DNA of 64,000 bases from Dehalococcoidia bacterium (GTDB lineage: Bacteria > Chloroflexota > Dehalococcoidia > UBA2979): the NCBI GenBank assembly GCA_965219085.1, contig OZ244720.1:2560001-2624000 (forward strand). Direction: 5' to 3'. The first letter of the stretch is position 1; each line of letters begins with the position of its first letter. The notes under the pieces were generated by a model. It was not told where the DNA came from, searched no databases, and saw only the letters and a program-made list of their open reading frames with translations. A program made the translations under genes and the position numbers. Positions 18,650 to 29,572 of the stretch are shown here, in pieces.

Positions 18650-18870
18650 GAGGCCCGCTCCTCTGTGAGGTAGTCGTCGACCTCCTTCGCGCTCTTGAAG
18701 AGGCGTTGCCCCGGGCCCTCCGAGATGATCTGCCAGGCGGAACGAGACGAGGGTTCCTGCGCGGGCGAAATCACCACGTCCACGTGTTCCCCGGCCTGAA
18801 GGTCTCGGTCCACGATCTCGATCTTCCCTCCGGGCTGTACGGTTGCCTTCTTGTGCAGCACCCTCTGCAT
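18637..18870 (-). CDS. Putative antitoxin
   Basis: 77 aa overlapping the PIN gene; ATVQPGGKIEI..GEHVDVVI N-terminus and VDDYLTEERASWE C-terminus. Confidence 0.75.
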   Translation of the reverse strand: MQRVLHKKATVQPGGKIEIVDRDLQAGEHVDVVISPAQEPSSRSAWQIISEGPGQRLFKSAKEVDDYLTEERASWER

Positions 18871-18908
18871 TCCTCATCCTTCCTAGCTTGGCGGCTTTCC
18901 CAGTGCGG

Positions 18909-21848
18909 TCAGCCAGCTTCGCGCAGTTCCTCCATCAACTCGAACATCCGCCTGATGTGGCTCGTACCGCCGCCTTGCGGGAACAGCACGTGGCTCTTCT
19001 CGAGTTCCGCTCTGGAGAGGCCGGGAACCCAACGCACCTGATCGAACGGCGTCTCAGAGATGACAAAGGCGTCCAGGACAACGCGTTCATCCTGCGCTGA
19101 GAGCCTCTTCTGATGTTCCTTGATGGACTCGGCGAGGCCGATCTTCGGGTCAGTCAGGCCCTCGAGGTAGTTGAGGCCCTTTGGGTCGACGAACGCGATA
19201 TGCTGGTGGTCGCGCTGCATGACCCACAGGATGAAGTCCGGGTAGTACCCGCCCGCCTCGAAGAAGCCGACCCCCTTCCCACGGCTCTGGTTGCGGAGGA
19301 GATAGATGTCCCGCCCGCCAAGTTGACTTGCATGCTTCTTGATGAACTCCGCGAGGCTTTCCACGAAGTCTCGCTCCCCGGTGTTGAGAGCAACGGGTGT
19401 GGCCTTCACTCCGTCATCGCTGAGGTGTATCAGCGGCGCATACAGGTGCCGATCGAAAGCCAGTGCCTGTAGAGAGTCCGTCTTCAAGTCGCGCGCGCGC
19501 CCCTGCGCGATGTCGTCCTGCAGTTCTTTCAGCGTCGCACGGGTCGGGCCGTGGTCTGCTGGCACGCGGAAGGTGTAGTGCTCGAAGAAGTTGCCGTCGT
19601 CCGGGCGCAGTTCCTCGTAGTGCAGATGGTCCATCTCGTATTCCGCCTGCCGGAGGCGGTAGAAGCGCTCGACGTACTTCTTTAGCAGCGTGACCGCGAT
19701 CTCCTGCCACACGCGTACGCGCTCGAACCCGGCGAACTCCAGGTCACTGGCCGGGATGAGCAAGTGGTACCAGTCGTCGTGCTCGAGCAGCGCACGCGGC
19801 ACATCACGCGGGATGGCAAGATTGTGGAAGGACCGCTCCGCCTTGAATCGCTGCAGCGCGAACCAGATCTCATCGAAGTCGAAGAAAGCGGTGTGGCCGG
19901 CAGTCAACTTGTTCGGTGTCTTGCTGACGCCGGCGCTCAGAGGGAGCCCGGTACTGCGGCGCGCTTGGATACGCGGGTACCAGTCGAGGGAAACCGGGCG
20001 TCTCTTGATTTGCTCAAGCGGCTCTGCCTCCAATACCGGTTTCGGTCCGGTTGTCCGGAAGTCGACGCCGCGCTCCAAGCGGATGGTGAGCAGGCGGACG
20101 CCTTCAAACCTGCCACCCGTGGCGAGGTGGTTGATGACGTCGAGGGTTATCTCCTTTGTGTCGGTATCGCTCGGCAACCCCTCTTCTGCGAGGAACTCCC
20201 GGAATTGCTGCATGTAGTCGGCGCGGATGCCCACGACGTTCAGCGTCTCGAGGTGCTTCACGTATTCCGGGTGAGCCTCACCATCGTCCCGGCGAATGAA
20301 TCCTGAACGCTTGAGCGAGAAGTCGAGGCCGCGCAGGCGAACGCCCCGACCGAAGAGTTGGATGATCTCTGAGCCCTCGGATTTCCCTACGTTCATCAGG
20401 CCGATCGTGCTGACTCGCCATGATGACCACCCCTCGGTGAACTTCTTAGCGCCGATGAGGACGTTGATGGCCGACTCCCGGCTGTTGATGCTGCGGAAGA
20501 GCGAGTCCTTGAAATCACCGACCTCCGAGACGCCGATCCCGTGGCGTTCCGTCTGGCGCACGACCCTTGAAGCATCACCGACGTTGACGACGCCGAACGC
20601 ATCATGGGTTCCGACGGTAAGGGCGATCTCTCCCTCTGCGTCTGCGCCGCGCAGCCGCTCCAGATGGAGCGTACCGCCCGCTGGCGCGTTGAAGATAAGT
20701 TCGAGTGCTTGGTCATATATCTCGTCGGACATGCGCCCTTCGAACAGTGGGGTCAGGCGGCTGGCAAAGATGTTCCGCCCGTTGCCGTCGACAAGCGCGT
20801 TGTTGCCTGTCCGGACTTGGTCAATGCGCTGGATTGCCGCGTCACGGTTTCCCACGAAGTCGTCGAGAAACTCCAGTATCTGCAGGATGTCGCTCAACTC
20901 CTGCTTCCCCGTCGAGGCTGTGACACGCGAGCCAACGAAGACCCAGAGCGGCCTCTCGATCAAGTAGGAGGCGAGCTCATCCCCATGCTCACGGTAGAGG
21001 TGGAGCTGCTGCAGGAAGACGAGCAAGCCCCCCGTCATGTAGAGGCGGCGCTGCTCCTCGTCGTGGTCTTCCAGGAGATTGAGGATGTGGAACTCCTTGC
21101 CGAAACCGTCGGCGTGGAAGTAGCGGTAGGAGTAGTCGAAGAGTATGGCGTGCCCATACTCCTGCAGGAGAGCCTTGCTGCCGGTTGGCTTGATCGCTTG
21201 ACCGAAGGTCGCCGAGTACTCGAACGAGAAGCCGCCCTCGCTGAGGCGGCGGCGGCGATCCATCCATGCGCCCGCTTCGCTTGCCGATGCACCTCGGTGA
21301 CCCTCGTCCACCAGCACGAGGTTGTTGCCCTCAAAGGCCTCGACCGCGACCGTCTTCTCCTTCGACTCGTCTGCGAGCTTGTGGATGTCGATCACCTCGA
21401 CCGTGCGGCCGGTGAACAGGGAAGGGGGTTCCTTCGAGAAGGCTTGAGCGTCAATTCCCGAGCTAGCGAACTCGTACAGATGCTGGTGCGAAAGGCCTTC
21501 GTTGGGAGTGAGCAGGATGATGCGATTCAGCTGGTGCTGCCGGCCAGCCGTTTCGAGATAGTGCAGATACTGCTTGATGTTGCGCGGGGCGTCAGACGGA
21601 TCGATGCCGGCTATGCGGGCCGACTCGGAGGCCTTGCGGATATCGGCTTGGAGCGCTGCAAGCTCATCATCCTGCATTCTGTCGAGCGCCTGGCGCACCC
21701 TCGGGAGCAGCTCCTCCCCCAGGAACCGGCGAATCTCGTCGCGCCGCACGTTCATGATCCGGTAGAGGCCAAAGTCGAGGTCGGCCCGGTCGAACATGAA
21801 CAGTTCGTCCAGTGTCTCCCGCAACCGCTCAATGCTGGCTTCTGGCAT
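18909..21848 (-). pseudogene. Type III restriction-modification locus collapsed into an in-frame Mod(N-terminus)-Res fusion
   Basis: LDELFMFDRADLDFGLYRIMN is a type III Mod N-terminus. It is joined near 21582 to Res (NIKQYLHY, LVLVDEGH, FEYSATF, KFTEGW, QLFGRGVR, YPDFILW..FVDPKG). Walker A and MTase motifs are absent. Confidence 0.8.
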
Positions 21849-22010
21849 CCCGTCCCGCTCCAAGACCGGCAAGACCGCCTGCTGATGTCCCCGATCGGTC
21901 CGATGCCACTCCCGCGCGCACCATCGATGCAGACATGGGTCGCGGGGCGCCTTCTCGTTGCTCCCGATCTTCGCAGATTGTAGGGCAGGGCGGCGGGGAA
22001 GTCCGAGTAT

Positions 22011-22759
22011 TCATCCCATATCGACCCGTGTCGAGGAGCGTCTTGCGGAGGGCGACCGCTGAGGTTGGCCCGGGGGAGGCGTCCGGCTCCGGTCTTGGAA
22101 CGCACGAAGGGCAGCACATCTGAGAACCGGCGAGGGCCGCGGTTTCACGCGACGGCCCCCACGGTCCCCGGCTGTCAGCCCGCTCGCACTGGCGAGCGCA
22201 CCATGCTGCTCCCGCTCCAGTGCCCACTCGAAGAGGGAGAGCATCGGAGCCTCGTCCCGATGTTGGCGCTTCGGCGGCTCCCCTGGCTCCTTCGCCATGA
22301 ACTCCGCCCACGAGAACAGCGACCGCTGCGGCTCGGGGTTGTCGTCGAGCCGGTCGCCCGCGCCCGTCGCGGCCACGACGACTTCCGCCTCCAACGGCTC
22401 CGGCGGACGCCACTCCACGTCCACCAGCAGCGCCTCGGCCTCCGCCGCGACCTGCTGCGCCTGGGCGAAGACCGAGTCGGCGTCCTCCTCGCCGGCGACG
22501 ATCTTCCTCGCGAGAGCGAGCATGAGGTCCTCACCGTCGTCCCCGTAGGCGTCGAGGCCGTCCCCCGGCAACTCGCCCTCGAGGGCGAGGGAGCTTTGCA
22601 GCTTCTTCGCCACGAGCTTGAGGGCGTCGGCCTGCAGGGTGTTCCGGTAGGCCATGAAGACGACCTGCACGGGCTGGGTCTGGCCGATGCACCAGGATCT
22701 GCGCGAGGCCTGGCGCATCGTGTAGACGGAGTAGTCGTCTCCGTACAGACGACGGTCGG
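22011..22759 (-). pseudogene. Orphan 3' fragment of the ICE SF2 helicase, copy 2
   Basis: DYSVYTMRQASRRSW.IGQTQPVQVVFMAYRNTLQ.. is near-identical to 29619..30188; homology begins at 22759 (degenerate PTVVWYETDY). Confidence 0.85.
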
Positions 22760-23032
22760 TCTCCTGCCCGATGGGGCGATCAGACATCGATGGCTACTCC
22801 CGACTAAGCGGCGATGCAGCGCGCGGGCCGACGCTGCGAATGCACTCGGAAGAGCCACCGTCACAGGGGGCGCTGCACAGTGAAGCTGCGGCGCGGCAGG
22901 ACGGGCAACACGGAGTTCAACCACAGGACTTCGGTTTCGCGCGGGCGGCGGCGACAGCCTGAGTAATTGCGAGGCGCTCTGCGTGACCTGCCATCGGATG
23001 GCCTCACTCGGCCTCGCTCGGCGGTTTTAACG

Positions 23033-23998
23033 CTAGACCGGTTGCAATGCCTCCTTTCCCGCTGCGGCCCCGAGCGTGACGAGATACTTCGTCGGCACCG
23101 CCTCGAGCCGATTGTCGGCGAGGTGAGCGGCAAGATCGTCGAAGATCAGTGGGAACCCGCGTTCACGCAGCAGACTGAACTCGGACATTGGGTCACGGCT
23201 GAGGTCGATGTCACCCCAGAAGTGGACGCCGTAACTCTTGGGCACCCTGTGGGCCACGGTGTGTTCGCGGGCGGACAAGAAGAAGCGCACTTCACTCTGT
23301 CGGCTTGCTTTGACTTCGATGCGCTGCACGTCATCTGTGGAGCGATCCTCGATGTCGTATCCGAGAGTCTCATCGTCACGTGCAACCCACAGGACTGAAC
23401 TCGGATTCTGAGATTCGAGCCTTAGGAGATGCACGCTATAGGCCTCTCCTCGCGAGCCAACGGTCTTGTTGACTGCATCTCCGGGTCGGGGAACCGGGAT
23501 TAGACTCCACGGCACGTCGATCGCGGCAAAGAGCTCCGAAGGAACCATGACGAACGACGGCCCCACCACCCCAGGCCATGCACGCAGAATCCCGAGGAGC
23601 TGCGGAGCCGCCCGCCTAAGCACTCGCAGCTCAGATGTCGCCGACCCATCCTCACCAATGGTCGATGCCTCGATGAGTTGGCGTACCTGGTCGTGAAGGA
23701 AACCAGCATGGATTATCAACTCACCAAGTTCCCTTGCACGTCGCGCTCGCGACATTGTGGCGATGCGGCTACCCCGGCGGGAGAGCTGAAAGCGATCGGC
23801 AGCCACGTGCAGAAGTCCTACGTCGGCAAGGACACCAACAAGTTCCGGAATCTCGTCACGAGGGCCGTCGATGTTCTCCCTAAGCTCCCTCACGAGCTGG
23901 CTTCTCATGATGCCCGGCGCTCGTGTAGGCATCTGGTGAATGACCCGTTCAAGTCGTCGGACCCGAGCGCCGATGAACCAGTCGGACGCTACACTCAC
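23033..23998 (-). CDS. DUF3883 (NOV C-terminal-type) nuclease domain protein
   Basis: GSRGEAY..WVARDDETLGYDI..RIEVKAS..FFLSARE; GTGA overlap with the helicase. Confidence 0.8.
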   Translation of the reverse strand: MSVASDWFIGARVRRLERVIHQMPTRAPGIMRSQLVRELRENIDGPRDEIPELVGVLADVGLLHVAADRFQLSRRGSRIATMSRARRARELGELIIHAGFLHDQVRQLIEASTIGEDGSATSELRVLRRAAPQLLGILRAWPGVVGPSFVMVPSELFAAIDVPWSLIPVPRPGDAVNKTVGSRGEAYSVHLLRLESQNPSSVLWVARDDETLGYDIEDRSTDDVQRIEVKASRQSEVRFFLSAREHTVAHRVPKSYGVHFWGDIDLSRDPMSEFSLLRERGFPLIFDDLAAHLADNRLEAVPTKYLVTLGAAAGKEALQPV

Positions 23999-25944
23999 GG
24001 TTCGTCGTCGACCTCTTCGCCCACGAGATACCGAATTAACTGCTCTAAGTCACCTCGACTTCCTTCCGAGTCACCAGCGTCCTGCTGAAGGGGGTGTACC
24101 TCGGCCCCGCCCAACAACTCTTCCATTACCGCCTGCTTGTCGAGGAGAGCCGCGTCAACCAGATGGTCGATCGTTTCCGCGTTATCAAGAGTGGCTTGCA
24201 AGATGTGGATGGTGACATCCGCGTCAGCCGGGAGCCCAAGCCGGTGAATCCGATCAATTGACTGGAGGTACAAGGCCGCGTCATACGTCCTATCCAGGTA
24301 GATGGCGTGGTGACATGCCCGGTGCAACGAGATGGACTCGGAGCTTGTGGCGGGGTTTGTGACCAGTGCGGCCGGACCGCTGACGCTGAGAAACCGTTCT
24401 ATCCGGCGCTCCCGCGAGTCGTCCTCAGGCACCTCACCGCCTGCGCGGTCCTGTGCGGGATCGTCAGAGGCAGGGACGCGTCCATCGACTTGGAACACGG
24501 GAATTCCCAGGTCGCCACGAATGAGATCGCTGAACGCGTCGAGGTTGCGTACAAAATTGCTCCAGCAAACGACCTTCATCCCGGCACCTGCGAGGTCTTG
24601 AACAAGGTCGAGCGCGGCGATGGACTTGGCCGGTCGCTCCCTTTCGCCGAAACGAGCAAGACGCTCCATGAGTGTGGGGTTTCTGCCCGGGATGCGAGGC
24701 AGCCGATATCCGTCATCGGGTTGGTTTAGCAAGTCGGGATTCGCCGCCGCCTGAAGCAGCCGAATGGGGCGAGCACGGCGTAACACCTCCAGTTTGTCCT
24801 CCCATGTGCCTGCATCCTGCAGTTGGTCGCGGAGACCATGCCGGATGAGCACATATATCTCGGCCTGTGTGCCATCCATCGGTACGCTGTGTCGCTCTAC
24901 GTGGTAAGGGGGAAGTCCGAGCTCGGATTTGGCCGTGCGGGTCGTAAACGGCTCGATCGACGGTAGGACGCTGGCGAAGCGGCGGTCCACCCGGCTTGCG
25001 AATTCAGTTCGGCTTCCGGTCAACATTCCCCTGGGCCACATCACATTGAGCTGGCTGTAGAGGTCACGAGGGCCATTCGGCATTGGGGTGCCCGAGAGAA
25101 TCATGCGGACGCGAGAGAGCTCGGCGATCTCGGCTAGAGCTGGTGCCCATACCCCCCCCTGGAAGCGTTTGATCCGGTGGGACTCATCGACGATCAGCAT
25201 GATGTTCAGGCGCTCGCACATCTCGAGGATGGACAAGCGGTCTGCGGCAGCTCCAGCAAAGCTGAGGAGAAGCAAGTCACCCCGAACCGCCTCCGCATAC
25301 ATGCCTTGGCGGACGCGAGCTGATCCCCTGATCCGGATGGGTCGAAATAGCGTCCCCACCGCTGCCGCCGTCTCGGACTCCCATGGCTCGAACGCCGCGA
25401 GAGGGCCGACAACCACGACTGTGTCTATCGTCCCGGCGTCATAGTGCACGAGTGCAGCCGCCAGCGCCGTGACGGTCTTCCCTGAGCCCGGAACCGAGAA
25501 GTTGGCTTGATTGATCGCTGCCAACGCGTGGCCGACATTACGTAGCTGATGTTGGTGAAGGCGACGCTCCGGCCTCCATCCAAGAGCGTCAAGTTGGTCT
25601 GCAACCCGCTCGTCGTCGATGGACGAGTGCCCGTGCTTCCACGAGGCGGCCTCCGCTCCGGCCCGCTCCAAGCTGCGACGCTGTTCTAGGGCAAGCTCAA
25701 GGCTCCTGGCGGCCTCTCCGGCATTGGAGGTCTCGAATCCTTGGGAGTCAAGGAAGTTGTTTATCCGGACAACCAGGTCCTGGACTCGACTTCCGCGGGG
25801 TGGGATGAGCCAGCCATCGTCGAGCCCTTCGCCTCCCATGATCGCTTGGAAGAACCTGCGCGCCTGCCGCCCATGGAGATCAGTCGACCCTGTAACGGTT
25901 ATGTGGTCGTCCTCGACTTGAACGAGGGCGCGCAGCTGCCTCAT
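23995..25944 (-). CDS. SNF2-like SF2 helicase/ATPase
   Basis: NFSVPGSGKT, LIVDESHRIK, LSGTPMPN, SESISLH, QSIDRIHRLG; ATGA overlap with upstream gene. Confidence 0.9.
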   Translation of the reverse strand: MRQLRALVQVEDDHITVTGSTDLHGRQARRFFQAIMGGEGLDDGWLIPPRGSRVQDLVVRINNFLDSQGFETSNAGEAARSLELALEQRRSLERAGAEAASWKHGHSSIDDERVADQLDALGWRPERRLHQHQLRNVGHALAAINQANFSVPGSGKTVTALAAALVHYDAGTIDTVVVVGPLAAFEPWESETAAAVGTLFRPIRIRGSARVRQGMYAEAVRGDLLLLSFAGAAADRLSILEMCERLNIMLIVDESHRIKRFQGGVWAPALAEIAELSRVRMILSGTPMPNGPRDLYSQLNVMWPRGMLTGSRTEFASRVDRRFASVLPSIEPFTTRTAKSELGLPPYHVERHSVPMDGTQAEIYVLIRHGLRDQLQDAGTWEDKLEVLRRARPIRLLQAAANPDLLNQPDDGYRLPRIPGRNPTLMERLARFGERERPAKSIAALDLVQDLAGAGMKVVCWSNFVRNLDAFSDLIRGDLGIPVFQVDGRVPASDDPAQDRAGGEVPEDDSRERRIERFLSVSGPAALVTNPATSSESISLHRACHHAIYLDRTYDAALYLQSIDRIHRLGLPADADVTIHILQATLDNAETIDHLVDAALLDKQAVMEELLGGAEVHPLQQDAGDSEGSRGDLEQLIRYLVGEEVDDEP

Positions 25945-27266
25945 CTCAACGCCGGTCCGTGCCGTTCGAACCACGCGGACATGACGCGGACTGCATCGCG
26001 GAGGTCTGACGTCTCAGCATTCTCCAAGGCTGGTCCGAGCCTATCGGCGTCCTCACTGATGAGGGCCTGTAGACGGTTGTTGACTTCCTTCACGATCCTG
26101 AGAGCGTCTGCCGTCTGTGCGGCCGCATGCCGATCAAGCGCGTCCTCGAATACGTCTCTTACGGCCTCCTTTGGGTAGTTTGTCACCACTGGCCCTGGAG
26201 GGTCATCCCGCTCCTCGGGCATGTCGGGATCGTCAACGTCGTCGTCAGCCAAGTCCGGGACGCCCAGTGCCTCTTCGTCAATAGGCGGGGTCCACTGCTC
26301 CTCAGCCTCACCTACATGCTCTGCGAGACGAGCGAACTCGTCCCGATCAGCCTTGAACAGTCGCCGAACCTTCCGGATCTCGAGATGAGTCAAACCCGCA
26401 CTGACTGCGGCGAAGAGCACGTCCAGCATCGCCGCGGCCCAATCCTCGTCTCCCCCCTCTAGCATCCGCATAGTCCGCCCGACATCGCGGAAACGCTCGA
26501 TCTGTCCGATCAATCGGTCATAGCGCCCATCTAACCCCAGATCACGCAGATACTCGTCCATGTACCTGATCGCATAGAGCTGCACGATGGCATAGCCAGG
26601 ATCGTTACCCATCACGTGCTGTAGATTGCCGGCAACATCGGCGATGCTCACTGGGTCATGCCAGTCAATTTCCTGATCGACTGCCGCATCCCTGACCGCC
26701 AGGAGTAGGTTGATGTCCGTATACCGGACCTTGTAGTCCTCCGTGAGCTGCTCACGCTGCTCCATCTCGAATATCGCTAGCTCACTGATCTCGAGATCGT
26801 CGAGAATGACGGCCTCGACATGCTGATAGCTCCCCACCGCTGGATCTCGGTTCAGGCGGCGCAACATGGCTAGGCGTCGGTTGCCGTTTCTGACCATGCC
26901 GTCAGCATGAATCCAGAACGGAGACTCTTGCTGTCTATTCAGCCAGTCTTTGCGGAGTGCCTCATAGTCCTTGTCCGGTTTCCCTACTACCTGGTCCCCG
27001 TCAACGTGACGGTTCTGGTCCAGCAGGATTGATTCCACGCTCAGCGCATCGGCTTCGTTGTTCTCTGGATCAAGTGAGCGGCCGAGTTGTTGCTGGAAAA
27101 GTTCCCGCTCGGCAGCGAAACGCCGGTTTTCGACATTTAGGATGAGAGCCGCGACGGGCACTAGCTTGACCGGTGCGGTCCTCCACCGCCCCAGCACCCA
27201 GAGCTTCGCCTCCCATCCGGCCGACGGTGCCGAGGCAATCAACTCCTCACGTTGTTCAGTATCCAT
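25941..27266 (-). CDS. ParB/Srx-like N-terminal domain protein
   Basis: LNVENRRF..QESP..DGMVRNGNRRLAML (GxRR arginine patch), followed by a helical acidic C-terminus. Confidence 0.65.
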   Translation of the reverse strand: MDTEQREELIASAPSAGWEAKLWVLGRWRTAPVKLVPVAALILNVENRRFAAERELFQQQLGRSLDPENNEADALSVESILLDQNRHVDGDQVVGKPDKDYEALRKDWLNRQQESPFWIHADGMVRNGNRRLAMLRRLNRDPAVGSYQHVEAVILDDLEISELAIFEMEQREQLTEDYKVRYTDINLLLAVRDAAVDQEIDWHDPVSIADVAGNLQHVMGNDPGYAIVQLYAIRYMDEYLRDLGLDGRYDRLIGQIERFRDVGRTMRMLEGGDEDWAAAMLDVLFAAVSAGLTHLEIRKVRRLFKADRDEFARLAEHVGEAEEQWTPPIDEEALGVPDLADDDVDDPDMPEERDDPPGPVVTNYPKEAVRDVFEDALDRHAAAQTADALRIVKEVNNRLQALISEDADRLGPALENAETSDLRDAVRVMSAWFERHGPALR

Positions 27267-29331
27267 CAGTCCCCCCGTTGCTGGTGCTCTTGCGGGTTGC
27301 GCGCTTCGGCGTGCCAAAGCGGGAAGCCGCCATTTCGTGCGCTAGCTTGAAGCTGGTCAGATCAGCATCACCAATCTCGAGACCATCGAGGTTCTCTGAC
27401 CACAACGCCTTGTGCTCGCCGATGTTGGTAGGGTAGGTCTCCCTCGCTGGACGGCAAACAACCACAACGTCCCACGCGCAGCTCCCTGGACGGCTGTGGT
27501 GGCCCATGTGTCCGTCGCTACGAACCGGCCACATCGCCGTGACCCGCAGGTCTAACCGGTCCAACGCCACGCCTATGGCTTCCCAAGCGGGCGGCTTTGC
27601 TGAGTGATAGGTGAATGCCACAGGGCGTCCGCCCTTCCGAACCGCCAGCGCCGGCCGTAGGCAGTCAGCGAGGCGTAGGCCGAATGTGGCGGCGTCGTCC
27701 GCAGCTGCAGACTGGAGCGTCTCGCCGCTCAGCACATGCGAGGGATCCCAAGCTCGGAACAGCTCGGTCAGCTCGTCGTACTGAATGTAATCGTAGTAGG
27801 GCGGATCGAAGACCAGCAGGTCGATCGGGGCCTCTAGGACGGCATCGGCGGCGGAGGAACAGCGCACGTCCACTGAAGGCGCCCTTTGCGGGAGATTGAG
27901 CGTCACCTTCTCTGTTGTACGTCTCGTAACATCCCAGGTTGCCCGCCGCGTCGTAGTCGTCGTCGATCGGAGGACGCGGTTCAAGCATTGCCGAAGCGTT
28001 CCCCGCCCACCGCTGGAGTGGAGGGGGTTCAGTTCGACCGCCAAGGCCGGGAGAGAATATCCGCGGACACTGTATAATGGCGAGAGTCGCCCATAGTCCG
28101 TCGCGTACGAGCACAAGCGATTGTTCGTCATCAGGGCACTCGACAAGACGAGGCGGACTGCTCGTTCCGCGGCCTTGGACATGTCTTCTGCATCAACCCA
28201 AGCATGCGCCGCGCCGAGCACCAAGAGTTGGCGAGCCGTGAAGAGATCGCGTACGCCGATAATGCCAAAGCTGCGGGGGCGAGGGTCGCGGCGCACTGGT
28301 TCGAATTCGGCGTCTGGCAGCCTAAGAGCCACTGGCGGGTTCCCCAGCAACTCATCAGCTAGGTCGAGGGCAGCTAGGTCTCGATCGCCAGGGCCGAAGA
28401 GCTTCCTCCTTCGCCCAGGTGCCGTGCGTTCAATGGCCACCAACTTCCGGGGTGCCGCTCCACTCTGGAGCTCACGGTGGCCGGAGCGCTTCTGGCATGA
28501 CGGGCATCGATACTTGAGAGCATCGAACGTCGAGTGGTCGACAGCCCACTCGTGACTCGCCCCTTTGAACTGCCTCTGTGTGGCGGCGGTAAGGTAGCTG
28601 ACCTCGAGTGTCTCAGGATCGAAGACCGTGGCCCCGTCGTCACGGAGCACTGCTCCGGCCTTACCACAATCTCGCGCCAGCACGAGTGAACGGTAGAGCG
28701 GGCCAGCCGTGCCGCAATGCGGGCATGTGACGGTCGCGATCCAGAATGAGTGTAGTTGTTCACCTTCGTCATCCGGATAGAGGGAGGAGAAGTGCTTGCG
28801 TAAGAAACTCAGCAGCGCATCGCCGATGTCCTGTATCTCTGACTCTTGCGCTGGGTCAAGACTGTGGCCCACTATCAAATGAGCCGTGGGATCGACATCG
28901 CTACCGCTAACCTCAGCCCCGAGCCTCGAAGCCTCAATCAGTGTGGTGCCCCCTCCCATGAAGGGGTCGTGAACGCTCAGACCTTCCAGGTGCGGCCCAT
29001 CGTCAGCGTACCGGTGCCAGAAATCCCGTTCCGTCGCCTCTCCGTCCATAGTTGCGGCCAGCAGGATCGCTCGCATGAGCGATGGGGGACGCCGGGCCCA
29101 CCACCGATGTGCCGCGTACGAAGGGTCCTTCGCCCGACTGTCCGCTGCGACTACCCGCGACACTGCGAGCGCAGGGAATCCGATCTCCAACAGGGAAGCG
29201 GCCACCTCGTCCCCGGGCTCATGGTGGCTCGATGTGTGGCCATTTCGGGACCAGTCGGCCGATAGCTGGCCGGGCTCAGAGAGGATTTCGATGCGTGAAC
29301 GGCTCGCCGCCGTCGGTAGGTGCTCCGGCAC
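27256..29331 (-). CDS. Amino (N6A/N4C) DNA methyltransferase with Zn ribbon (DUF1156-like family)
   Basis: HRWWARRP, VHDPFMGGGTT (SAM motif), CPHC/CPSC, DPPYYD catalytic motif, AFTYH. Confidence 0.85.
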   Translation of the reverse strand: MPEHLPTAASRSRIEILSEPGQLSADWSRNGHTSSHHEPGDEVAASLLEIGFPALAVSRVVAADSRAKDPSYAAHRWWARRPPSLMRAILLAATMDGEATERDFWHRYADDGPHLEGLSVHDPFMGGGTTLIEASRLGAEVSGSDVDPTAHLIVGHSLDPAQESEIQDIGDALLSFLRKHFSSLYPDDEGEQLHSFWIATVTCPHCGTAGPLYRSLVLARDCGKAGAVLRDDGATVFDPETLEVSYLTAATQRQFKGASHEWAVDHSTFDALKYRCPSCQKRSGHRELQSGAAPRKLVAIERTAPGRRRKLFGPGDRDLAALDLADELLGNPPVALRLPDAEFEPVRRDPRPRSFGIIGVRDLFTARQLLVLGAAHAWVDAEDMSKAAERAVRLVLSSALMTNNRLCSYATDYGRLSPLYSVRGYSLPALAVELNPLHSSGGRGTLRQCLNRVLRSTTTTTRRATWDVTRRTTEKVTLNLPQRAPSVDVRCSSAADAVLEAPIDLLVFDPPYYDYIQYDELTELFRAWDPSHVLSGETLQSAAADDAATFGLRLADCLRPALAVRKGGRPVAFTYHSAKPPAWEAIGVALDRLDLRVTAMWPVRSDGHMGHHSRPGSCAWDVVVVCRPARETYPTNIGEHKALWSENLDGLEIGDADLTSFKLAHEMAASRFGTPKRATRKSTSNGGTDGY

Positions 29332-29572
29332 TAGTGATCTAGCTCGCTTCTGGCAAGAAGCCCCGCCACAGGGGACATTCCTGATCCGGACCCACGCAGC
29401 TATCCGCAGTCGCCCGAGTCACCGCCAAGGGGCCTCCTGAGTCTCTTTGGGATGCTTCCGCCATTCTAGCTGGAGATCACGCTAACCGAGCGGCTCGAGG
29501 ACCTTCGCGTGTCGTGTCAAGTCGAGTCCTCTCCCTATGGGCAACAAGAAGGGTCGGCACACATCGGGGGCA

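Noticed and set aside
23033-29331. Assignment to BREX or DISARM
   Set aside because: No PglZ, BrxC, DUF1998 or PLD genes recognised nearby.
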